Positions 1 through 11,887 of a stretch of DNA of 64,000 nucleotides are shown here, piece after piece. How positions within the stretch are numbered: the stretch's first letter is position 1; the number at the start of each line of letters is the position of its first letter. The notes under the pieces are model-generated. The model saw only the letters and a list, made by a program, of their open reading frames with translations. It did no database searches and was not told where the DNA came from. The stretch comes from Sphagnum compactum. Its lineage: Eukaryota. The stretch covers positions 25,100,213 to 25,164,212 of the forward strand of contig OZ234493.1 of NCBI GenBank assembly GCA_965153455.1. Reading direction: 5' to 3'. A program made the translations under genes and the position numbers.

Positions 1-8
1 GAAAACCT

Positions 9-785
9 AACAATGAGTAGGGTGCATTGACTTGGTTTGAGAATTTTTGGAGCTACGATGCAAAGGTTATTGATTATTGAATCATTTTCTTGGTAAACCT
101 TAATAAAATTATAAATAAAAAATGTATTTGAATCTAAGGGTTTACTTGGTGCTGTTGGAAAATAATTGATGAATCAAATTTAATGAAGTTTATTTAATAA
201 TTTTCACATTTAAGGTGCGGAAAAGATTGAATTTTGAATGAATCTTGTTTTTGAAAATTCAATCAATTTTTTTTTAAATGGGTTTAGAAGGGAAAATGAA
301 TTGAGTGTGTTCACACTTGGGGCCATCAACACATGTTACATTATTCATTCATGAAGGAAGGTAGTTTGTTTTGTTTTTTCACAATGAAATCTCCCAAACC
401 ATAGCATTTTACGTTATGCTATGGGACATATCATCATAAAGTTTTCAATGAGTAGGGGTGCACCAACTTGGTTTAAAATGTTTGGAGTTATGGTGTGGAA
501 TTTATCCATTATTGAAGCATGTTTTCATTGAATTTATTAAAAAAACCAATATTGAAAACTATGTTGGAATATGGGGGCTTTCTTGCTATTATTGGAAAGC
601 CCTCACCAAGTTTGATTTAATAATGTTGATTCCATAATTTTGAGACCTAAAATGGGAACTATATTATTGAAGTATTAGTGGGTATTGTTGTTATAAATTC
701 AAACAAATTACAAAAAGGGGTTAGGAAGGTAAATTCAATTGAATGCATTCAAACTTGGGCCAATGACATAAGGTACATTAGTGTT
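9..785. repeat. Two diverged tandem copies of an interspersed repeat (about 9-345 and 446-785)
   Basis: caatgagtagggtgca..acttggttt..tttggag..attattgaa.cat and ..acacttgggg/aaacttgggcca..acatta both occur twice, about 440 bp apart. Confidence 0.6.
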
Positions 786-1429
786 TAATGAGTTTTTATC
801 ATAATTTTAAACAAATATTAAGATATCATGTATATAAAAATGAATAAACATTAGAGTTGCACAATATTATTAGTTATGTATTAGTACTTGATATGTTTTA
901 ATGATGTACGTAAAAATAATAAATCACATGTGTATTGAACATAAACATTATTACTAACATATATTTAGAATTTCCTAAATTTTATTTTGGAATTAAAATT
1001 TAATATTTATATGCAAGAAAAAAACCATTCATTTGTACAAATAAAATTTACATGAAAGTTAATGTTATTATAATTTTAAATGAAAATGAAAATTAAAGTT
1101 GCCTACTAATTGTTTAACCTAGTTGAAATAAATAGTTACAAACAAAACTACATTTGATTTGTCCTTTAATACATTTTATCATCCATATATGTGTGTTGTT
1201 GGTGTCATTAAAATAATTGAACATTAATCAATGTTTTGACTATATGCCAATTAAAGAACCTTAGATGCCAAAAATATTTTTAAAATGACACTTTCCTGAA
1301 AACATGTTTCACATTGTTTATCAACATACTTGAGTATTCAACTTGTAGACATTGTTGATGTTGAGAATATTCGGTAATTGACCAACTAGTTGAAAAATGT
1401 TTTCGACTATGTACCAATATAGTAATTGG

Positions 1430-2316
1430 AACACTTTCATAAATAAAGCTTTTGGAGTGCATTTGATTGCCAATAGATGAAGTTAGTTCTTTCAAGTTGG
1501 AACACCCTTCTAAATAAAGCTTTTGGAGTGCATTCAATTGGCCAATAGATGAAGGTAATTCTTTCAAGTTGGAACACTAACACAAATAAAGCTCTTGGAG
1601 TGCATTCAATTGGCCAATAGATGAAGGTAATTCCTTCAAGTTGCACACCTTGACAAATAAAACTTTTCGAGTGCATTCAATTGGCCAATAGATGAAAGTA
1701 GTTCTTTCAAGTTCAAACACCTTGACAAATCAAGTTCTTGGAGTGCATTCAATTAGTCAATAGATGAAGGTAATTCTTTCAAGTTCAAACACCTTGACAA
1801 ATCAAGCTCTTGTAATGCATTCAAGTGACCAATAGATGAAGGTAGTTCTTTCAAGTTCGAACACCTTGACAAATGAAGCTCTTGGAGTGCATTCAATTGG
1901 CCAATAGATGAAGGTAGTTCCTTCAAATTGGAACACTTTGACAAATCAAGCTCTTGTAGTGCATTCAATTGGCCAATAGATGAAGGTAGTTCCTTCAAAT
2001 TGGAACACCTTGACAAATCAAGCTCTTGTAGTGCATTCAATTGGCCAATAGATGAAGGTAATTTTTTCAAGGTGGAACACCCTGACAAATCAAGTACTCG
2101 TAATTGTAAACAATCAAACAAATTACATGGCAACTTTCGAATCATGCAATTTTTGAGGCACAACCACTTAACATTATTCAAATTTCGCCCTTGAATGCAA
2201 TTTTCCACAATAGTTGGTGAAGCTTCTGTTAAGTCAACCAACCTAAGGTTGCGAAATCCCTTGGAGCCGATTTGGGACAATGTAGCCAAATTGACACATT
2301 TTTTCAATGAGATGCC
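1430..2316 (-). pseudogene. Degenerate LRR domain of the HNL gene (about 9 tandem 72-bp / 24-aa LRR units)
   Basis: LKELPSSIGQLNALQELDLSxCSN repeats; the motif aatagatgaa recurs about every 72 bp from about 1471 to 2047. Disrupted by TAA 1753-1755, TAG 1577-1579 and 1-nt frameshifts near 1643 and 1465. Confidence 0.9.
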
Positions 2317-5300
2317 TTATAAAATTTCCACCACCTATCACATGAAATGAAAACAAAAGGATTATCAATATTAAAAAAACATTTCATCTTATTATTAATT
2401 TTTCTTAAAAAAACATTATTCATAAAATCAAGATTCAAAGTTAAAACATTTGTTTTTGGACATTACAAAATTCATAGGAAATCGAAATAAAATTATAAGA
2501 TTGAAATAATATGGTGACAACCTCGTTGTTTTGTAAAACGAAATTTGACTCATTTGCTTTCCATATAAATCGATTCATAATTGGAAGTTCCATTGCAATA
2601 TTTTGACCCATGTCTCGTAATTGGTCATGTATGTACAAGATTCCACCTTCTCCGCGTTGGATTAAAGATCTATGTTGTAAATTTTGCAATGCAAATTTTG
2701 GGTGTAAATAATCTCCATTCCACGCTCGACAAATTGTTTTTATTTTCAAACCACCAAAGAAACAAGCAATATCCAAAAACATGCTTTGATGTTCCTTATC
2801 CAAATACTCATAAGAAATCTTCAATTTACTCCAAAGTTTTTCATTATCATTGCCCCCGGTGAAACTTTGCCCACTTTTCAATTTGTTCAATGCGCCTTCC
2901 CAGATTTCCAATTCCTTAGTATCGCACAAAAAAGAACCCAATACTTTAAGACTTAAAGGGAGCCCTCCACAAGCTTTTATAATCTCCTTACATATATCTT
3001 TGAAATATTTTGTTGGAACTTGATTTGCATTACCGAATGCATGGAACATAAAAAGTTCCATTGCTTGCTCCTCCTCCAAAGATTTCATGATCATTTTTCC
3101 ATCTTCACTTACGTGAGATTTTAGACTTTGCCAATTTCGACAATTCACAAGTATTCTACTTTTAGAAGCTCCATTCCTAGCAGCCTTATCAATGAAAATT
3201 GGCAAGGACGTAAGGTTCTCCACTTTACCAACATCATCCACCACCACTAACACTTTCTGTGATATCATACATTGCCTAATTTTGTCAAAGTCTTCTTTGT
3301 TCACATTTTCATCCTTGGATATTTTTTTGTCACACAAATCATGTAGGAGTTGTTTTATGACATCATTGATATTGTCCTTTGAATTCACATCCTCCAAAAA
3401 ACTACATTTGTCATATTGGTTGTGGAACAAATGATAGAATTTTTTGCTCAAAGTGGTTTTCCCAATTCCCCCCATTCCAACCAAACCAACAATAGATTCC
3501 TTTTGTAACAAGATGTTTATATCTTTTGCTTTGTCAATCAACGCCACCTCATGACATGGCAAAGGTGGAAGTAATATATTTTTCTGTCAAAATTCACAAA
3601 ACAAAGGTCATTTATATGTTATCTTTCTTATTTGATAACCAATATATATGACATTGCATATGCGATACACGTCAAGTGTGCTACGACCTAAAATGTATAA
3701 AATAACATGAACATATATGAAGTCAAAAGACTTAGATTTGATGTTTTTACCTCCATACATATTTTCAAACATTTTAACAATAAATAATAGCTTGGATGAT
3801 TTTTGTTTGGTGGCTTGCAAATTGTCAAGTGATTAGCATCTTCAATTCTATAGTGGTTGTTGTTTGACAATTGAATAGCTGAGGCATATGGCACTAAAAT
3901 TCCCTGCATGAGCAAAAGATTAAGTTAATGGAACTCATTGACTTTTTTGTTCAACTATGCTTGAACTTATAAGTAACACAGTAAATCCAAATGGTGGTGG
4001 AAACTATAGCTTAATAACTATTGATGTTTGAATAACAATGAAATATTTTGTGTGAAAGTAATTTCTTTCAACCCTTTGGCAAGCAAATCACAAAGTTATT
4101 GGTTTTTAATTTCATTAATCTTACATGTTTTAATGATGATATGAATTTCATGACAAATATTTGTATGGAATTGATTTGATGAAGGGAAAATTTAAAACGT
4201 ATTTCATGATGTTTGAAGTGAATCAAATTTTCTTTCCATCAATAGTATTTCATGAAACAAAGTTCATAAAACACATGACCCATTCACCACATTATTGTAT
4301 TAAGAAGTATTGAGTACATGATCCCACACAAATTTTGACGATACAAAAAATGTTCAATTAATGAACTTAGTTGGATAACTTTCGATGTGGTGAAATGAAA
4401 ATCTTACCCAATTCTCGTCGAGTGGTAATCCTTCACCAAATGCATAAATGTTGACGTCTTCAGGAATAGCATTTTTAAAATCTGTTGAAAGGTGTTCCAT
4501 TTGTGGGTTGAAAGATTTTAAACTTTTTAAAAAACCAGATTGGGTTGCACACTTGTTGACTGCGTTGATTTGTTGATGTTGCCAAATGAAATAATTTGAT
4601 AAATATTGGGTACCGCCAACATGTGGTACACCGTAAAATATTACACCTTTAACATTGTTCAAAAATTTCTTACAACATTTGTGGACTTCATCATCCAAAC
4701 TATTTCTTGACCTTTGATGTACATGTTTGTGAGCTTCAACCACCAAGCTTTTGAGTATAAGACCTCCAAAACTATAACCAATTAATGCCACCGGTCCATC
4801 CCAAAGCGATTGATAACTACAAATATTCAACAATGCATAAAATTCCATTATCAACATTGTATTAACATGTACAAATTTGTCCTATTGTACTTGGGGACAA
4901 TTTTCCAATTCCCACATGACCTAAACCATAAGTTCGTAATTGATTTGCTTCTCATTTGTCATTTATTAATTCCATTAATTTACCTAAAAAATGTGACAAC
5001 CATGTTTTGGTAAAACAATTATAATGTACAAGTATGTAGGCGTTTACGTTCTTGTGTTAATGCACAATTCATCTTCTGTATTACCTTGGAAATATTGTTG
5101 AAATAAATTTTAACAAAAAAAAAAACACTTTTTTTGAAATATATTTTTTGCAATGAAATGGATGCAAATTTTTTACACATGTATTAATAGAATTTAATTT
5201 AATTCAATTCCATTACCAAAGATAAAGCTCCAAAAAGCTCGACCTAAAAGTTGCCATCAAAACCAAACTAGTTGTACCATGAGCTTATAATATGAACATA

Positions 5301-7159
5301 GATTTTGTTTTTATCTTCAAACAAGAACATTTGCACATAAGCCCCATTTTATGTTCTCCTACATGAATCTAACAATTCAAATAAATTGAAACTTGTTGGT
5401 GTGTATCACAATACTAACACACATGAACAATTAACTCCTGCACAACATTTAAGAAATTCTAAAGATCTAAACAATTTTTTTTAATATACATAAGGAGAAG
5501 TCATTAATGTGTCCTTAAATAGAAGAGATTGTCACACCTTGAATTTGTAACCAAACTTTGAATGAGGTTTTTGCCAATTTCAATCACATCATTGTGAACA
5601 CTTGTCACAATTTTAGAATCATAAGACAATGATAAAATTCGAACATTGTTGTTCAAGTCTTCAGGTAGCCACTTTTCTGGCCAACATATGCACTCTTCTC
5701 TATTGTTGGTGGGGCACGTTGTCCATGTTTCCTTCCATTCATCATTTGTGCCAAAAGCAATCCCATGAAAAAAAACGATGGTCAAGTTTGGATTATTGGT
5801 ATTGCAAGTGGGATTTAAATCATGCACTACATATTTCTGCAAAGAAAATGAAAAAGAGTCAACACAATTGTTCAAACATCTATTGAAAATTATTTGACTA
5901 TACAATAAATTGGAAACATGCAATATACAAATTATAGTAGTTAGATAAAAGCAATAATTAATTGAAAATATTAAGTCTAACAAGAAGACAATAATAGATG
6001 AATTGGAGAATGCCAAATGTATCTTGCATAACTAACAAATGAAAATCATTCACATGCGTCAAAGTTTCAAAACATAGTTCAATTAAGTAAATACTGTTAC
6101 ATAGTAGGTCAAACATATGTCCATCAATAAAGGTTAATTCTCAGAATTGGATTCTTTCAAGTTTGGGTCGATTAACTAAGCCATCTAGTTTGGATTATTT
6201 GTATTTCATGACATTTTCCCCGACATTTGGGCCACTAAGGCCTCTCACCCCTAAGGAATTGGGACACAAACCCAAATAAGAATGTCCAAGAGCAATTTAA
6301 TAATTTACGTTAGGTTGTTGGATTATGACTACACATTGAACTTAACTCAAATCTATAAGGAAAGTTCCAATCTTTACAAGTTCAATATATTCTTAGTTAA
6401 TGCCAATTGACGAATTTCCCTTTCACCGATTCTACTTGTTTTGGCAAGTGAGTCGCTGGCCTAATGTAAGAGGCTATAATGATGACTCCATTTCCTACTG
6501 TTTAAAACATCATTTCATATCGTTTTTATCTAAACAAACAAACTGGAAAGTAGGCAAAGTGAAAATGTATGGCAAGGAAGCTTGTAAATGATTTAGGACA
6601 TTCAGGTACCCTAGTGGCTAAAGGGTATGGTTGCGAAGCTGTTGGCTGGGAGTTCAAATCTGAACTAGACCACCTCCTCCTGATGCTTTGTGAGGACAAT
6701 AAGCTATGGTGGTTGTATGGGTCACGGAAACTTGTCAACACCCAAACAAAATTAAAAAAGCAAAGAAAAATCAAATTGCAACATGTAACTTGGGAAAGCC
6801 GAAGAAAAAACTGTGCAAAGAAAGCTCATCATAAGAGTAAGAAAAAGCACCACATTGCCGTGCCATCCAGAGCTTGAAGGAGCATTTTCAACAGGGACCA
6901 AAGGTGTCTCAATCGCAGTAGGTATCTGCACAATATCTTTACATGGGAAAGCCCAAGAAAAAACTGTGCAAAGAAAGCTCATGATAAAATTAAGAAGAAG
7001 CACCACATTGCTGTGCCATCCAGAGCTTGAAGGAGCATTTTCAGCGGGGACCGAAGGTGTCTCAGTCGCAGCAGGGATCCGCCCAACATCTCTCTTTCTT
7101 TTTGGTGGCCCTTGTGAAAGATCAACTCCTTTTCCTTTGAGGCCATATGAATTTCCCAT
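2317..7159 (-). CDS. Alpha/beta-hydrolase-NB-ARC(-LRR) NLR-type immune receptor (HNL). Model: complement(join(7004..7159,6851..6925,5538..5836,4408..4816,3751..3903,2522..3583,2317..2334)), ending at a premature TAA before the LRRs
   Basis: Hydrolase motifs: IVFFHG (oxyanion region), WPEKWLPEDL, nucleophile elbow GYSFGG, FYGVPH, DANHLTICKP. NB-ARC motifs: P-loop GMGGIGKT, kinase-2 VLVVVDDV, RNBS-B SRILVNCR, GLPL, RNBS-D FLDIACFF, MHD variant IHD. All GT-AG junctions from 5836 to 2334 are phase-compatible. The two 5'-most exons are more tentative. Confidence 0.88.
6790..7082. repeat. 153-bp tandem duplication (exon plus intron unit of the HNL 5' region)
   Basis: tgggaaagcc..aaaaaactgtgcaaagaaagctcat..aagcaccacattgc.gtgccatccagagcttgaaggagcattttca repeated with period 153. 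Confidence 0.9.
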
Positions 7160-8688
7160 ATTTCACACTACTGAAATTCCTTTTGCTCACTGCTCTCAAA
7201 AATATTTTTCTCTTAACCTTTTGCTCTCATAAAACCTGCTACAAATCCTTTGCCATCCCAATAGCATACCCAAGGTATGATGGGTGTCCCTCACATCACA
7301 GATTCCTGCAAGCTAAGCTGATCTTTCCACTAGATCTCCCCAAAAAACATCAACCCCTTTCCTCTTCACGATCTCCCTGGAATTCCCACTCTCTTTTCTT
7401 ACTCCTTTTTCGACTTCTCTCCCGAATGTTTCTTCTTCTTCTTCATTTTCTCCTCCCCCAGAAACTTCTAGAAGGGTTTTGCCGGGACTCTTCAGACTGT
7501 AGCATACGCGCTTTACCGATTTCTTGGCCCATGATTATCATCATGACTTTTGTTCACATCCACACACCGACCTTTCTTTTACTAAAAAACCAGAGCTGGA
7601 AAAAAGCTAAGTCATCAATTTAAAAAGTGTTAAAATCAAATGCTTTTTGAGATTCTCAATAGCCAAAATTCAACCAAATTCAAAGAAAAATCGTCAGAGT
7701 TCCACACATGGGTTTCAAGTAGGTAGCCAACAAAAGAGAAATATGTTAAAAAAATTCGAATGCCATATTTAGCTCATAGGCAAATCTGACTAAATCTTCC
7801 TACCGATGATAGCCACTTGGGCCATATCTCAAAACTGACCCAAAAATTATTGATCCACACGTTTCCTGCTGTTGGCTGATTTCAGCCAGTGCATTCTTGA
7901 AGCGCTCTGCCAGAGCTCATGTTGCAGGCAATGCATGATTAATTGGGGCTTGGGGGAACCGGCCAGGGTGAATTGACCTCCACATTGGGATCACTGTAAA
8001 AATCCCCAAAACCCATTGAAATGGCCATATTAGGCCCCAAAAATTATGAATTTGGACTTTGGGACCCTGATTTAGTCTAGGGAAATGATATTTATAAATA
8101 TTTAGAATATTTACGAGCAATTTAAATGGGCTTTGCGGGGTCAAGTTGCCTTGGTTGGGTGAACCTGGCCTACATTAGAACCACGGTGGAAATCCCAAAG
8201 TTTTTGGGGGCAGCTTCAAAACATTGTAGATACATGTAGTGTCCTTAGACAAAATCAGGGTCTCTGAATCAAAACCTGAAACCCTAAACCTAAACCCTAA
8301 ACTCCAGAGGCCTCACACAAGAAGGTGAGTGTACCAGTTTAGGTTTGCCCTGCCCAGTGGCTATGATCGGAGGAGCCTGGGGGCAGAAGGAAAAATTACA
8401 TGTACGGTCATAGCAAATAAATTCCGAGTGGAAAAACCCCTGTACAGAGCAGTGATTTTTCTTGGTGGATTTTCGCACTGTTGGCTACAAGTTGTTTTTG
8501 GAAGAAACTGGGAAATTTCGTCTAATAGTGTGAATTTGAGAAAAAAAAATTCTCAGAAAATGGAAAAAATGGAGAAAGTTTACAGACCACAAATTTGAAA
8601 AACAAGAAAAAGAAAAAGAAGACACCGGTACAGAGGTATATATGTGTGCACTATAAATAAACAATGGAAAAACATGTTGTGAAACTAA

Positions 8689-8991
8689 GGGCAACTGTAG
8701 ACGAGGGTCCGAGGTCCAGAGACAAATGAATGGAAGCAATCTTATTGGTCGGAAGCTTTAAATTGGTCCCAAGGACTTTAGGCCAGGGTCCAAGACCAAA
8801 TTGAGGCTAATATGGCACCTGTTTTGGAGGAAAAATCAACTGATTCCGACAAAAAGACAGCTCCTGATTTGGAGAAACAAGAATCAGGCTGAGGACCCAG
8901 GTACACTCCAACTCAAGGATTCAATTTGCTTCACATGAGTCCGAATTGGGTCCTAGGACATTGGACCCTGGACCCTCGTCTCAAGTGGCCC
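8689..8991. mobile_element. Tourist (PIF/Harbinger) MITE, 303 bp
   Basis: About 28-bp imperfect TIRs (gggcaactgtagacgagggtcc / ggaccctcgtctcaagtggccc) flanked by TAA TSD at 8686-8688 and 8992-8994. Confidence 0.85.
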
Positions 8992-9672
8992 TAATGGTGT
9001 TTTACTGCAAGACCCTTTGACTCCTTATGTGGAGAACCACACAATCAGCACGATTGACATCTGGTGGAAAGTGCGAACATGTTGGATCCGAGATGTGAGG
9101 CCTTAGCCTAGCGAAAGCCAGTAACTTTTTGCTCATTTTTGGTTTTCTGACTTGCTTTGTGTTATGGTGCCCGCAACCAAGTCTGTTGTTTGTGAAAGAA
9201 TTGGGGAAACCTGTAATTAATGGCCAGGCCGAACCTGCACCTACATTAACACATTCACCTTCTTAGTGAGCCCTTGTTTCCCTGATACTAACTCCAAGAC
9301 GCATCAAAGAAATGTTAAATTTGAACTCCGAGACCCTGATTTAGTCTAAAAAAGTTGGGGCCAACTTTGAGCATTTTTGGCTTTTTGTCTGGCCCTGCAA
9401 AGTTACTAATAAATGCTACAACATTGGCCACAAGGGTTGCAAATTGGCTTCCCAAATTTGATGGTATCCTTTTCTTCAGCCTTGGGAACAATACAAGGCC
9501 ATAAAGTTCAGCATTTATTAATAACTTGGGGCAGATTGAAAAGATTTTTTCTGTTTCAGCCTTGACTCCTAGTGTAATTTAGCGCATGGGGCTGATTTCA
9601 ACTTTTGCACGAATAAGAATGCGTGATGTGAGTTGAACATTGGCCTCAACTCCTAGTGTAAAGTGGGCCTAA

Positions 9673-9986
9673 GAGCAGCTCCACAGGTTCTGGGTTTATA
9701 TTGTCCTGGACAGTAAATGTTGGCTCGGCACAATGCCTTTGGGCTGGACATTTTCCCCGAGATTATCAAGGCAGGGAAAAGACTCAGCAAGGGACACTAC
9801 CTGCTGTTGATTGACTGTTAGACAGGTGGTTGGTCCAAGTGGGGTCCTAATAGCTATTATTGGTTACTCATGATTTGCAGTGTCAGTTTTAGTGTGGGGT
9901 TGGGGAAAAAAGAAAAGGAACTAACCCTGGTTTTGGGAAATATTGTGTTCCGTTGTCATGTACTCAGAGCACCTGCAGAGCTGCTC
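9673..9986. mobile_element. Tourist-like MITE, 314 bp
   Basis: TIRs gagcagctccacagg / cctgcagagctgctc with TAA TSD at 9670-9672 and 9987-9989. Confidence 0.8.
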
Positions 9987-9989
9987 TAA

Positions 9990-11050
9990 AGGAAGATTTT
10001 AGCTACAACAGAAGGTGTCTTTGTACATCAAGCGATTTCACTAGATTTTGAATGAAGAACTAATCCTAACCCTAGATGGAAGTCACGGTAAGGGAACAAA
10101 TCAGTTCACAAAACAAAAATAGAAAGCCTTTACAAATGCCCTAGATTCGTTCTAAATATAACATGCATACTAAAAGTCCTACATAATTCATCCAAGGGAT
10201 GAATGATACTAAGCTAAGAGTATATCAGTTCCAACAACCCCTCGTGAGCTTAGCATACACAAAACACCTTTGATCGACAAGATATGGTGGATGAGGGAGA
10301 TCAAACAATAAAGCAACATAATATCTACTAGCAAGACGTCAACAATGCCTCTTCATCACCAATGTCTTCGTCCACAAGATCTAAACATCTTCTTCATCAG
10401 TTAACAACATCTTTTTCATCATTCTTATGTCATGAGCAACATCCTCCCTCACACATTATGAGAAGAAATAATTCCATTCGCAATGTAATCACACTTGCAC
10501 ACACTTTAAGTTTGGTGATCCCAATCAAATTTTTAGGAGACTACTTAAGAATAGACTCATTAGATCATTATCTAACTTTCAAATTCAACATTCTTTTGAT
10601 TGAATCTACTTCTATATGCTTCAAATTTAATTGGACTTAAGGCCTCTGTGAGAATATTAGCAAGTTGCTTTGTTGTACTGATAAAATCAACCTGAACTAT
10701 TTTTTCTTCTACTTTATCTCGTATAAAGTGCCAATCTGTTTGAAAATGCTTTGTTTTATTAAAAAAAACCAAGTTTTTAGAGAGTTTAATGGCACTCTGA
10801 TTGTCACACATGATTGTTGTGGGGGCATTCATGTCTAGTCCTAGTTCATGCAATAGTCGACGAATCCATACAACTTCACAACAATGTGCTAATGATCAAT
10901 ACTCCAATTCACATGACAACCGTGAAATTAAATTTTGCTTCCAACAACAACACCATGAGATGGGTGTAGATCCAAGGAGGAAAATGTAAGTTATTATGGA
11001 GGTTTGGTCATCTAAATTGATGCATAATCTACATCAGAAAATCCCCGGAG
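9990..11050 (-). mobile_element. Ty1/Copia LTR retrotransposon remnant (RNase H, PPT, start of 3' LTR)
   Basis: Minus-strand GFSDVDYA...PISW...DNQSAIKL..KTKHFQTDWHFIRD..QLANILTEAL (Copia RNase H, with stops and frameshifts). PPT-like GAGGGGT is followed by TGTTGG at 10236. The left LTR end is not defined. Confidence 0.85.
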
Positions 11051-11067
11051 TTCACCAATAGTGCAAT

Positions 11068-11887
11068 TGTCGCAACCCCACTTTGTCCAAGTGTGAGGGT
11101 GAAGCCCAACACTTGGAGAAGTTGGAGGTTGGGAGTCCTCCGGGACTCCCGAATGTTCAGAGCTCGACAGCAAGGGGCAAAACACCTCGCATTGGAGTGT
11201 TCTTGGTGTCATTGGAAAGGTCTTGAAACGTAGATATCGAAAATGGCCTCGCATTGGCCATTTGGACATCTGCAGCCCAAGTTATGGGCAAAAGAAGGGC
11301 CGGGAGTCAAACTGGCAGTTTGACTCCCGACCACTAAAAGTCGGGAATCGACCCATTGCCGACGTCGCCTCAGGGAGTGCGACATGGCGTTGGAAAGATC
11401 TCGACGAGGGCTACAACTTTGGTTCAGACCTCGTTGCGATCGGACTTCGGAATTGGGAGTTATGACCGTTCAAAGTCCCGGGAGTCCCGCCGGGACAATT
11501 TCGGGACTCCATTTCGGGAGTCCCAACAAAATGAGCCATTTGGATGTAGCCTCCGTGGTGAGCCGCAGAGATAACTATAAGGGGGAAGGTGGTGGCTTCC
11601 CCCAAGTCCGGGCCGTGGTGAGTCAAGTAGTCCGAAGTGCCCGTGGCTTGTCCCAACACCCAAGGGTGTTCCCGAATGTGAACTAACCCATTTGTGGTTG
11701 GTTTTGGACGCAGATTTGTGCTTGATCTACTAGTCCATCTTCCTAGTCTAATCCCGGGGCTTCCAACTCGACCCTCTACCCCTTTCTAGAGTTGGAAGTC
11801 GGGAGCGTGCCCTTGGGTCCCCACTTTCCGCAACTTCACATTGGTGAACCCTCAAGTGGGTTCACCCCGGGACCAAGGAGCGCGTCA
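11068..11887. mobile_element. Solo LTR, 820 bp, relatively young
   Basis: Termini TGTCGC...GCGTCA; perfect 5-bp TSD GCAAT at 11063-11067 and 11888-11892; GC- and CpG-rich relative to the flanks. Confidence 0.9.

Noticed and set aside
6605-6675. tRNA/SINE-head-like sequence (tagtgg...gagttcaaatc) in the NLR intron
   Set aside because: No convincing cloverleaf, tail or TSD
11012-11686. Several overlapping ORFs on both strands
   Set aside because: They lie within the GC-rich solo LTR and have no protein motifs
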